From positions 2,098 through 66,097 of the forward strand of contig CAZNJB010000021.1 of assembly GCA_964573255.1 (NCBI GenBank): a DNA stretch of 64,000 bases, given 5' to 3'. Every line of letters begins with the position of its first letter. Within the stretch, counting starts at the first letter, position 1. The notes beneath the pieces are model-generated. The model was not told the origin of the DNA. It saw only the letters and a program-made list of their open reading frames with translations, and did no database searches. Of this stretch, positions 49,614-59,329 are shown piece after piece. Position numbers and translations under genes: made by a program. The stretch comes from an uncultured Melioribacteraceae bacterium (GTDB lineage Bacteria > Bacteroidota > Ignavibacteria > Ignavibacteriales > Melioribacteraceae).

Positions 49614-50883
49614 GTCTAAATTCATTTATCATATAGCTATTATTTTTTTTCTATTTCAATTGTGTTTTATTTTTACAACTCCTCCTTTCGAAGCTCCTGA
49701 TGAGAATCATCATTTAAATTATATAAATTTTATATCGAAAAATATTTCATTACCAAATCAGGAACAAACAGAAACTCTACTTAAAGGGGAAGGTCATCAA
49801 AATCCTTTGTATTACATTATTGCCGCAGGTCTTACCAGATTGTTGTTAGAAGATAACATTATTGATTACAGGTTAATTCCGAATACTAATCATATATGGT
49901 ACGGTGGTGATAAATATAATGTGCCATTATTTGTTCATATAAACGTTTTTGAAAAATATTCCGATAGAATTGTTTTTTACATGCTAAGAATATTCACTGC
50001 CTTATTTTCTTTAGTTACTGTAATTATGTTTTATAAGACTCTCTTGCTACTTGAAAATAGTAATAATATTTCAATTTTAACAATAATACTGATTACAAAT
50101 ATTCCTGAGTTCATTTTTATTTCCGGAATGATTAACAATGATTCTTTGGCTTTAATGTTCATTTCCTTGTCAGTTTATAATTTTGCAAAAGCAATTAATA
50201 ATTCAAGTGATAAACTCTCATTATATTTGTCTTATCTATATTTAGCTCTATCCGTATTGACCAAGTTTTATGCACTAATTCTTTTCTTTGTGTTTTCTTT
50301 TTATTTAGTTTTCATAAAAACCAATAGGAATACAAAAATAAATATTACGATAGTTGCCTCAATATCTTTGTTTATTGTAATCATTCTACCACTTTTACTA
50401 TGGAAATTTATTTATTATGAAAATTTTATCCGTGCATCAATTCTCGAAACAGATCAAAATTTATGGGCATTAAATTTTCAAGAATTTCTGGGGCAAATTA
50501 TATTTTTCTTTCAGTCATTCTTTGGCAAATTCGGCTGGGCGAATGTAACCTTACCGTTTTATATTTATGGAGCATACTTAATAATATGGGGAATTATATT
50601 AATTAATTCCATCCGGAAAATAGACTTCAGTAACGGAATGATTCTGTTCTCAATAATTGCTATATTCTCATTAATATTAGAAATTATTTACTTTAATTCT
50701 TATACGCTTCAGATGCAGGGTAGATATTTCTTCCCTGCGCTCAGTTTTATTTCAATTATATCATATTATGGTATTAAATCTATTAGTGCTAAAATATCTT
50801 ATAGGTCAATGAATATTATTATAATTGGGATATATTCGTTAACTATTTATTCAGTAATTTGGAACGCTATCTTTTATCGGTAA
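49588..50883 (+). CDS. Polytopic membrane protein, GT-C-fold glycosyltransferase or polymerase-like (ArnT/PMT/DUF2142-like)
   Basis: About 11 TM segments. The first extracytoplasmic loop carries PPFEAPDENHHLNY, a DE-type motif. 26-nt overlap with the upstream gene. Confidence 0.5.
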   Translation: MMHFRLINKSKFIYHIAIIFFLFQLCFIFTTPPFEAPDENHHLNYINFISKNISLPNQEQTETLLKGEGHQNPLYYIIAAGLTRLLLEDNIIDYRLIPNTNHIWYGGDKYNVPLFVHINVFEKYSDRIVFYMLRIFTALFSLVTVIMFYKTLLLLENSNNISILTIILITNIPEFIFISGMINNDSLALMFISLSVYNFAKAINNSSDKLSLYLSYLYLALSVLTKFYALILFFVFSFYLVFIKTNRNTKINITIVASISLFIVIILPLLLWKFIYYENFIRASILETDQNLWALNFQEFLGQIIFFFQSFFGKFGWANVTLPFYIYGAYLIIWGIILINSIRKIDFSNGMILFSIIAIFSLILEIIYFNSYTLQMQGRYFFPALSFISIISYYGIKSISAKISYRSMNIIIIGIYSLTIYSVIWNAIFYR

Positions 50884-50905
50884 TAAAGTTACATCTATTG
50901 AATTA

Positions 50906-51859
50906 ATGTTGAGTGTGGTTGTCATATCATTAAATGCTGTGGGAGATACTTATCTCTCCCTATCGGCTATCCCTTTTTTAAAACGAAATACGAGTGAAAT
51001 CGATATCACTTTTGTCGTTAATAAGAAATCTACGTTTTTATTCAAAAATGAAGAAGTAAATGTTATTACAGTTGAAAAGAAGATACTTTCAATTTTGAGA
51101 GCACTTTATAGTTTGCGTAAAATTAATTTTGATATTATTTTATCTTTTTTCCCTGGAGTAGCAAATAGTTTATTGCTAAAATTACTTAAAGGTCGTGTGA
51201 AAGCGGGATATATTAATTATCATAAAATAGTTGATTGGCATAAAAAGGCAAATTTGGCGACTATTATAAAACAGAACACAAAAGTATATAAATATTGGGA
51301 AAAGAATTATAATTACTTGGCCAGAATTGAGATAATATTATCTGAAATCTACCCTGAAGAGAATGTAAAATTATCGAAATATAAATTCAACATTTCAACC
51401 ATTGCAAAGGACGACAATATTGTCATTCATTATCGTTCAAGATTTATCCAACGAAGTTTAACTATTGAACAATTGATCGCATTGGTCAATTATTTGCGTG
51501 AGACATTTAACTCACCGGTTTTGATTATCGGATCGGATGAGTTGAAAGGATTAGAAGTTAATGATTCTCAAATAATAATTAATCCGGATGTACGGAAGCT
51601 TGTAAACTTGGTCCATAACAAATTATTTATTGGTGTGGATTCTTTTCCTCTACAAATCGCTGATGCTTTTGACACAAATTTTGTTGGTCTTTTTTCAATA
51701 ACAAATCCTAAAGCAGTGCTAAGTAATTCTCATAAATCTATTGAGTATGCTTGTCAAAGTTTTAGCGAAATATCAACAGCGTTGTTGATAGAGAAATTAA
51801 ATTCATATTTAATAAAAAATAATAATGAAAATTTTTGGAGTCAACATAAGTTATACTAA
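50906..51859 (+). CDS. Second GT9-like glycosyltransferase
   Basis: VVVISLNAVGDTYLS at the N-terminus and IGVDSFPLQIADAF near the C-terminus. Confidence 0.6.
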   Translation: MLSVVVISLNAVGDTYLSLSAIPFLKRNTSEIDITFVVNKKSTFLFKNEEVNVITVEKKILSILRALYSLRKINFDIILSFFPGVANSLLLKLLKGRVKAGYINYHKIVDWHKKANLATIIKQNTKVYKYWEKNYNYLARIEIILSEIYPEENVKLSKYKFNISTIAKDDNIVIHYRSRFIQRSLTIEQLIALVNYLRETFNSPVLIIGSDELKGLEVNDSQIIINPDVRKLVNLVHNKLFIGVDSFPLQIADAFDTNFVGLFSITNPKAVLSNSHKSIEYACQSFSEISTALLIEKLNSYLIKNNNENFWSQHKLY

Positions 51860-52553
51860 TTATGATTCCATTCTTAAAGAATTCGGGCAATGCATAGATA
51901 ATAATTCGAAACTCATTGCTACATATGTAACAGCAGCTTCTTTATTGGAAATAAAGAAAGATCAAAATTTATATAAAATCTATAATTCATTCGACATTGT
52001 ACATTCTGACGGAATAGGAGTTTATTTAGCCTTTAAATTATTGAGAACTGATAATAATTCCATTAAGAGAATGACCGGCTCAGATTTATATCCCATATTA
52101 ATGGATAGGGCAATTAAAAATAATTGGTCATTCTATTTTTTTGGTGAAAGGAATGAGACGCTTGAAAAAATTAGTAACATTCATACAAAATTAAAAATTG
52201 CAGGGAAACATCCCGGGTATAATTTTATTGATAATAAAGTTGTAGATGATATTAATTCAGCAAAACCTGATATTTTAATAATCGGTTTAGGAGCGCCTAT
52301 TCAAGAAAAGTGGGTTGTAAGAAATAAAGATAGATTGAATGCAAAGATTATTATTTGTGTTGGACAAGGTATTAGGGTATTTTCAGGTGAGAAAGACAGA
52401 GGAACAAAATTGTTGCAGAAAATTGGACTGGAATGGTTTGTCAGGTTATGCTGCGAGCCAAGAAGATTGTGGAGAAGGTATATTATAGGAATTCCTTTAT
52501 TTATATATTATATTATAAAAGAAAAAATATCCCCAAGAGATTATGCTAGTTAG
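51825..52553 (+). CDS. WecB/TagA/CpsF-family (GT26) glycosyltransferase
   Basis: DGIGV..., FFGE..., PDILIIGLGAPIQEKWV and LEWFVRLCCEPRRLWRRY motifs. 35-nt overlap with the upstream gene. Confidence 0.85.
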   Translation: MKIFGVNISYTNYDSILKEFGQCIDNNSKLIATYVTAASLLEIKKDQNLYKIYNSFDIVHSDGIGVYLAFKLLRTDNNSIKRMTGSDLYPILMDRAIKNNWSFYFFGERNETLEKISNIHTKLKIAGKHPGYNFIDNKVVDDINSAKPDILIIGLGAPIQEKWVVRNKDRLNAKIIICVGQGIRVFSGEKDRGTKLLQKIGLEWFVRLCCEPRRLWRRYIIGIPLFIYYIIKEKISPRDYAS

Positions 52554-55500
52554 ATATGTTATAATTTTTATAATGATTCCCTATCTAATCTTTCCTCAGT
52601 CTGTTTCTAAAATAGAAGTAAAAAAAAATTCTTTTAGTGTAGAGATAGATTTCCCTAAACCCAAATACAAAGATTATAAACAAGGTGATTTTGTTATTCG
52701 CGATTATTTTGAATACACAGATCCCTCGAAAAACGGCAAATCCAAATTGCCATCAAAAACTTTAATTTTTGCTATTCCCCCAAATACTTCGCCAAATATA
52801 ATCGTTGAGGATAAAAAAGATATAAAGTTAAAAAACATCATTCCAGCAGTTAATCCACAAATTATATCAATTAACGATTCTACTCTTGCGTATTCTGAAT
52901 CGGAATGGATTAAAACGGATAAAAATAATTCGCTCTATCATATTGAAGGTCAATTTTGGTGGAGAGATTTTTACTGCGTTGCAATAAAAGTGTTTACTCA
53001 TAATTTTAATCCGCAAGAAAGAAGCATACAAGAAATTGAAAAGATAAAATTACGTTTCCAATTTGATAATGATGTATGGATTGATTCCTATAGTCCTATC
53101 AAAGTATATTCACACTATGACGAAATTCTTAAGAATGCAATTAAGAATCAAATAATTGCCGAACAGTTTAGAAGCAATTCTACTAAATATGCAGCAACCG
53201 ATTCAGTGTGGAACTGGATAAATTTCAATAATACTTATATTAAATTTGGTGTGGTACAAGATGGAATATATCGGATTTCATTCGATTTATTGAATTCACT
53301 GGGGATAAATATTTCGAATATTGATCCGACAACCTTTCAATTATTTGAGAGTGGGACGGAAATTCCCATATTTGTACGAGGCGAAAATAACGGTACTTTT
53401 GAACAGGATGAATATATTGAATTTTATGGGCAATCACATTATCCAAAGATATCACATAGAATTATAAATAATGACAATGAAGAATATAATGAATACAAAG
53501 ATCGCTATACTGATACCTCATATTATTTTTTAACTTGGGGAGATAAAAAAGGGAAGCGAATATTTATTGATGATAGTTTGTATTCAACTCAAGATACAAT
53601 TGATTACTATTTGGAAGTAATTCATAAAGAGGAAAACAATTGGTATCAGAATGCAAATAATGATGAAATTGCAAATCAAACTCCCAATTGGAATAAAAAC
53701 AAAACTTGGTACTGGAAGTGGTTAGGTGATTGGAACTCTCCATTAAAATTTGAGTTTTCTGCCGATAGAATCTCAAATAAAGATAATGTGAAAGTCTACT
53801 TTAAAGCTTCAAGTGCTGGATCAAATATTATAGTTAATTCTCATCAATTAGCACTCTACCTTAACGGTGTTAAAATTGACTCGCAGCAAGTTAACAGATT
53901 TAATCAAGTATTGTTGAATGGTGCAGTCAATTCTGATTTTCTGGAAGAAGGGGTAAACACAATTACTGTATTTAATCATAAAAATGGCACCTCACCAAAC
54001 TATCTTGCAGTTGATTGGTTTGATGTTGAATATCCGCGTGATCTATGGTTACGTAATGATTCGCTCATTTTCAAGATTTCTGAAAATAATTCAGGCTTAC
54101 TAAAATTATTTAAAATATCAAACACAAGTAATAATAATTATCTTATTTATAGAATTTCACCTACTCAAAAGAAGATTACAAATTATTACCGGTCGGGCAA
54201 TTCTATTTATTTTACAGATACACTATTAAATAAAAATGTTTATGCTGTATTTTCAGAAGAGAAAGTATTTTCGCCTTCATCTTTTAGTAAAGTTAAATTT
54301 ATTGATTTATCTAATAATCCAAACGGTGCGGACTACATTTTAATTACTAATCAGCGCTTTAGTCAAATAGTTGATCAATATATTGACTATATATCCAGTG
54401 AATATCATTTGAAAACATACAAAACAATTGTTAATGATATATTCAATCAATTTGGTTACGGTTATCCCACTCCCGAAGCAATAAAACTATTTTTGCAAAC
54501 AGCTTTTGACAGATGGGGATTCCCTAAATCTTCATATTTAGAAATCATCGGAGACGCTTCATACGATTATAAAGGTTATGTATTCAATAATGAAGGGATT
54601 AAACTTAGTGAAAACTTAGTTCCCGCATATGGGAATCCTGTGAGTGATAATTGGTATGCGATTTGGGAATCGGAATATAACTTGCCGCAATTATTGGTAG
54701 GTAGACTGCCTATAAGATCAGCGGAAGAGTTAACAAACTATATTGAAAAATTAAAATCATATAATTCTTCACCTTGGGACGATTGGAATAAAAGATATCT
54801 TCTTTTTTCAGGTGGTAATGGTGATAACGAATATGAATTAATGCAATTGCGCAGCATCAATGACTCTATAATAAATAAATTGATACGTCCTCGACCGATA
54901 TCCGGAAATTATTTCCATTTTTATAAAACCATATATCCCAAAAGCGATTTAGGACCATATTCACAGCAGGAAATCAAATCCGCATTAGATAATGGTGGAA
55001 TATTTATTTCATATTTGGGGCATAGTGGAACTGCTACTTGGGACAATGGAATTAATTCCGTTAAGCAACTTGAGAATAAATATAATCGATCACCATTAAT
55101 AACAGATTTTGGATGTTCAACAAACAAATTTGCAGAACCGGATATTATTTCTTTTGGTGAAAGGTTTGTACTCGATCAAGATGGACAAGCGATAGGTTAT
55201 GTAGGTAATTCTTCTTTAGGATTTTTATCTTCTGCAACTTCAGCCCCACTTTATTTCTACAAATCAATTTTCGAAGATTCACTCCATCAAATTGGTGATG
55301 CTCATTTATTATGCAAGGTACAATTAATCGAGAATCTTGGTCCGGGCGGCACAGCTAAAATATTTTCATATACCAATTCAATAATTGGAGATCCGGTAAT
55401 CTCTCTCAAAATTCCTAACAAGCCGAATTTAATTATAACTCCCGATGATTTACTGGTTAATTCTAATTATGATGAAAGTTTTGATTCTATTGCAGTACCA

Positions 55501-57867
55501 TTTGTTGTAACTAATAATGGGGCATCACTTCTGGATTCATTGAATATTATGTTACAACAAACTTATGATGGCGGAATAATTAAAAGGGAAATAAAAAGAA
55601 TTATTTTGCCTGAATATAAGGATACTCTGCTTTTTTATTTTAAGACAAAAGGTTATCCTGGAATACATAATATTGAATTAACATTGGATTATGATAATGA
55701 AATAGATGAAATCTATGAGAACGATAATCATTTGAGTTATTCATTAAATGTTTATTCATTGGCCTTAAGAGATGTAGTTCCTTATAACTTTACGGCAGCT
55801 CTAAATAATAAATTAAAGATATTGAATCCATCAAACTATAATGAAAATAGATTAAGCGTTGATTTGCAAATATCTGAAAGAGGTGATTTCTCTTATTATA
55901 ATGAACAATTTATAGAATCTGATTCATTTTATTCCTATGTAAATCTTAATGAATTACAAGATGGAAAGCGTTATTGGTATCGTTATCGGATAAATAAATC
56001 TGCGGAAGAATTTTCTCCTGTTAAATCATTTATAAAAAATTCAAATAACAATTTTATAATTAATGATTCGATTTCTTTTTCCGTTCAAGATTGCGGTCAC
56101 CTTGTTTTCAATAATGGCATCGTTTTATCCAATGATTCAGTTACAATTTCTGTTCTTTCGGCGGGAGCTTATACCGGTGCAACTTGTGTGATTTCTCGAA
56201 ATGGTAAAAATTTACTCTCAAACAATTTCTTTGCTGGAATGGCAATAGCCACATTTAATCCAGTTACGATGGAGGTTGATACTGCATTTTGGCTGGAGTT
56301 ATTCCAACGTCCGGATAATGTCCAGTTACTTGCGGATTTTATTAACTCTCTTCCGTCAGGTGAAATTGTTGCTATGGGAGTTTCGAATGATGCCCGAAAT
56401 AATATGAGTTCAACTCTCAAAGATGCTATCAGAACATTAGGGAGCAGCAAAATCGATTCATTGGTTTTTCAAGGTCCTTGGGCATTGATTGGTGCTAAAG
56501 GTGCCAATCCTAATGATATTATTGAGATGGTTGGAGGTAAATATGATCCTACGATTATAATAGATTCTGTTTTTATTACCTCATCTAGTTATGGTTATCT
56601 GCTTACTGAAAGAATTGGTCCTGCAAAAAAATGGAATTCTTTAAACATTCGGCAATCTACTGATAATAATTCAATACTAAAGTTCAGATTGCTTGGAATT
56701 AAGAAAGATGAATCGATTGATACATTGAATTATTTAGCATATGGAGATTCGCCCATAAATATTGATACATTGAATGCGACTACTTATCCTTACATAAGAT
56801 TATTAACTGAATTCATTGCCGGAGACAGTCTCTATTCGCCAAAACTAAATGAACTCGCTGTGCAATATTTAGCAGTTCCGGAACTTGGTACAAATTATCA
56901 AGTAGCATCTGTAGATAGAGATACTGTTATCCAAGGGGAGGATATAAATCTTTCTTTTTATGTGTATAATGTCGGTGAATCAACTGCGGATGATTTTAGA
57001 GTTATAGTTAAACTTAAGAATGATAATACTTCTTCGGAACTGATATATGAGGAAATAGTTGATTCTTTAGTTCCTGAAAAAAGTAAATATTTTAATGTAA
57101 AGTTAAATACTTCCAATTTCTATGGGGAAGGAGAATTATCTATTTCAATTGACGAGGAAGATAAAATATTAGAATTATATGAAGATAATAATTTTTATGC
57201 AGTTCCTTTCTATGTCCAAAAAGATACTTCCAAACCATCTATAGAAGTTACATTCGATGGAGAGACTATTTTAGACGGCGATTTTGTCTCTTCCAATACT
57301 GTAATACAAATTGCTTTAAACGATCCTTCACTAATTCCAATTGCTGATACTTCCTCTGTTTCCATATCATTGGATAATTATCCAATCTATTATTCAAACA
57401 ACAATAATATTGATATATCCTTTCAGGAGATTAATCCTAAAGTTCTTATAACATTTCATCCTGAATTGAAGAAAGGCAGGCATAAGTTAACTGTATTTGC
57501 GAGAAATGCAAATGGGATTATGGCGGATAGTTCGGGATTGATAAAGTATTTTGAAGTTGATAACAATCTTCAGTTGTTAGACGTTTATAATTATCCTAAT
57601 CCATTCAGTAAAGAAACATACTTTACTTTCCGCTTATCTAAACTTCCCGAACAAATAAGCATTAAAATTTATACAATTGCCGGACGGCTAATAAAAACAA
57701 TTCAATTAAGTAAAGCTGAATTAAATTTGAATTTGAATAAAGTTAATTGGGATGGAAAAGATAATGATGGAGATCCGGTAGCAAACGGCACTTATTTATA
57801 CCAAGTGATTTTATACAATGAAGGCAAACATTTGACCAGCACTAATAAACTTGCAATTATCCACTGA
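52543..57867 (+). CDS. Giant secreted C25 (gingipain/PorU-like) cysteine peptidase-family protein with CARDB-like modules, an ILEI-like module and a T9SS/FlgD-Ig-type C-terminal domain
   Basis: Signal-like N-terminus, then a propeptide-like region. Catalytic-type His in YLGHSGTATW (codon at 55021) and Cys in TDFGCSTNKF (codon at 55114). C-terminal YPNPFSKETYFTF...IYTIAGRLIKTI...WDGKDNDGDPVANGTYLYQV. The ATG overlaps the GT26 gene by 11 nt. Confidence 0.8.
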   Translation: MLVRYVIIFIMIPYLIFPQSVSKIEVKKNSFSVEIDFPKPKYKDYKQGDFVIRDYFEYTDPSKNGKSKLPSKTLIFAIPPNTSPNIIVEDKKDIKLKNIIPAVNPQIISINDSTLAYSESEWIKTDKNNSLYHIEGQFWWRDFYCVAIKVFTHNFNPQERSIQEIEKIKLRFQFDNDVWIDSYSPIKVYSHYDEILKNAIKNQIIAEQFRSNSTKYAATDSVWNWINFNNTYIKFGVVQDGIYRISFDLLNSLGINISNIDPTTFQLFESGTEIPIFVRGENNGTFEQDEYIEFYGQSHYPKISHRIINNDNEEYNEYKDRYTDTSYYFLTWGDKKGKRIFIDDSLYSTQDTIDYYLEVIHKEENNWYQNANNDEIANQTPNWNKNKTWYWKWLGDWNSPLKFEFSADRISNKDNVKVYFKASSAGSNIIVNSHQLALYLNGVKIDSQQVNRFNQVLLNGAVNSDFLEEGVNTITVFNHKNGTSPNYLAVDWFDVEYPRDLWLRNDSLIFKISENNSGLLKLFKISNTSNNNYLIYRISPTQKKITNYYRSGNSIYFTDTLLNKNVYAVFSEEKVFSPSSFSKVKFIDLSNNPNGADYILITNQRFSQIVDQYIDYISSEYHLKTYKTIVNDIFNQFGYGYPTPEAIKLFLQTAFDRWGFPKSSYLEIIGDASYDYKGYVFNNEGIKLSENLVPAYGNPVSDNWYAIWESEYNLPQLLVGRLPIRSAEELTNYIEKLKSYNSSPWDDWNKRYLLFSGGNGDNEYELMQLRSINDSIINKLIRPRPISGNYFHFYKTIYPKSDLGPYSQQEIKSALDNGGIFISYLGHSGTATWDNGINSVKQLENKYNRSPLITDFGCSTNKFAEPDIISFGERFVLDQDGQAIGYVGNSSLGFLSSATSAPLYFYKSIFEDSLHQIGDAHLLCKVQLIENLGPGGTAKIFSYTNSIIGDPVISLKIPNKPNLIITPDDLLVNSNYDESFDSIAVPFVVTNNGASLLDSLNIMLQQTYDGGIIKREIKRIILPEYKDTLLFYFKTKGYPGIHNIELTLDYDNEIDEIYENDNHLSYSLNVYSLALRDVVPYNFTAALNNKLKILNPSNYNENRLSVDLQISERGDFSYYNEQFIESDSFYSYVNLNELQDGKRYWYRYRINKSAEEFSPVKSFIKNSNNNFIINDSISFSVQDCGHLVFNNGIVLSNDSVTISVLSAGAYTGATCVISRNGKNLLSNNFFAGMAIATFNPVTMEVDTAFWLELFQRPDNVQLLADFINSLPSGEIVAMGVSNDARNNMSSTLKDAIRTLGSSKIDSLVFQGPWALIGAKGANPNDIIEMVGGKYDPTIIIDSVFITSSSYGYLLTERIGPAKKWNSLNIRQSTDNNSILKFRLLGIKKDESIDTLNYLAYGDSPINIDTLNATTYPYIRLLTEFIAGDSLYSPKLNELAVQYLAVPELGTNYQVASVDRDTVIQGEDINLSFYVYNVGESTADDFRVIVKLKNDNTSSELIYEEIVDSLVPEKSKYFNVKLNTSNFYGEGELSISIDEEDKILELYEDNNFYAVPFYVQKDTSKPSIEVTFDGETILDGDFVSSNTVIQIALNDPSLIPIADTSSVSISLDNYPIYYSNNNNIDISFQEINPKVLITFHPELKKGRHKLTVFARNANGIMADSSGLIKYFEVDNNLQLLDVYNYPNPFSKETYFTFRLSKLPEQISIKIYTIAGRLIKTIQLSKAELNLNLNKVNWDGKDNDGDPVANGTYLYQVILYNEGKHLTSTNKLAIIH

Positions 57868-57985
57868 TACAGAAAATAGATTGATTAAATTAATATTTTA
57901 TTGATTTTTACCACGTTTTATAAATGTAATATTTAGTAATTTTACCAGTGAAAATTTCAAAATGAAGAATAATTGTGGAGTATTT

Positions 57986-59323
57986 ATGAAAAAATTATTG
58001 ATGGTAATCTTTTTTGTATCAAGTTTTACTTTCGCACAATTTCAATCTTTGCACCCCAATGAGGGAAACCTTGGGGCTGGATTGGGAATGAGCTGGATTA
58101 ATGACAATCCATTTTATACTTTCCGTTTCAATCCGGAAATTGCATTTGCGAATATGGGAATAGGGCTTGACCTTAACTTGGAGTTCTCTCCTAATGGACA
58201 GATTCGTACCGAAAACTTTAACGAACTTTCAGATTATTTAAGCATAATACGTTATTTCAGATACGGACAAAAAGGCGATCCGCTGTACTTTCGTGTTGGA
58301 GCATTGGACTACGCAACTCTTGGTCACGGTTCGATAATGTATCTTTACAATAACAGTCCGACTTTTGATGCACGCCGTTTGGGAGTGGAATTCGATTTGG
58401 ATATGAATCAGTTCGGATTTGAGTTGGTTTACGGAAGCTTTCTGCAGAGTGGTGTTGTAGGGGTGCGTGGTTATACTCGTCCGCTAAAATTTACTACTCT
58501 AGGTTCTGTTCCTATTATTGGTAACCTTGAAGTCGGTGCTACCGTAGTTAATGATTTTAATTCCGATGCTACTGTAATTGCAGGTACTTACGATCCTGTG
58601 ACTGATAAATTTACAGCAACTCAAACGGAAAGTTCGGTTACTGAGTTTGGTTTCGATATTGGTTTACCGTTGGTGAACAACAGCATTGTAAAACTCGATC
58701 TCTATTATGACTTTGCACAAATATTGAATTACGGTAATGGATCTTCAGCGGGATTTATTTTCGGTCTAAACGGTTTGGGTTTGGTTAATGTAAGAACCAA
58801 ATTCGAACGTCGTTTTAACAACGATCAATATATTCCGGCTTATTTTGGCTCAATGTATGAGTTGGAAAGATTCAGATTGGATAAAACCACCGGGTCGGTT
58901 TCATCCAAAATTCAACAGTTGAAAAACATGCAGGCTTCTCTAGGCAACGGATGGTATGGCGAATTGCTTGTTACATTATTGGGAACCTTCGATATACTCG
59001 GAAGTTATCAACGTTTGGATAATCATCCTGAAAGTGGAATACTTCATTTATCGACAGACGTTTCACCTAAAGACGGTTCCTTTGTCGCACGTGCAGGATA
59101 CGATAAAATTAATATCAAAGACGAAAAAGACCTTTTCACACTCGACGATCGTTCCTATTTATTTGCGGAACTCGGTTATAAACCAATGCCGTATATAGTC
59201 GTTTCGATGGTGTATAATTGGACGTTCTCGCCTGTTCGCGACGCCGATGATAATATATTGGGTTACGAGCCTCAGAAGAAAATTGAACCGAGAGTTTCGT
59301 TCGTTTATCCATTTAATTTTTAA
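57986..59323 (+). CDS. Hypothetical outer-membrane beta-barrel protein
   Basis: The ATG at 57986 follows a GTGGAG SD. Signal peptide ending in FTFAQ, beta-strand periodicity, and a C-terminal ...FVYPFNF. Confidence 0.6.
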   Translation: MKKLLMVIFFVSSFTFAQFQSLHPNEGNLGAGLGMSWINDNPFYTFRFNPEIAFANMGIGLDLNLEFSPNGQIRTENFNELSDYLSIIRYFRYGQKGDPLYFRVGALDYATLGHGSIMYLYNNSPTFDARRLGVEFDLDMNQFGFELVYGSFLQSGVVGVRGYTRPLKFTTLGSVPIIGNLEVGATVVNDFNSDATVIAGTYDPVTDKFTATQTESSVTEFGFDIGLPLVNNSIVKLDLYYDFAQILNYGNGSSAGFIFGLNGLGLVNVRTKFERRFNNDQYIPAYFGSMYELERFRLDKTTGSVSSKIQQLKNMQASLGNGWYGELLVTLLGTFDILGSYQRLDNHPESGILHLSTDVSPKDGSFVARAGYDKINIKDEKDLFTLDDRSYLFAELGYKPMPYIVVSMVYNWTFSPVRDADDNILGYEPQKKIEPRVSFVYPFNF

Positions 59324-59329
59324 TTCATT

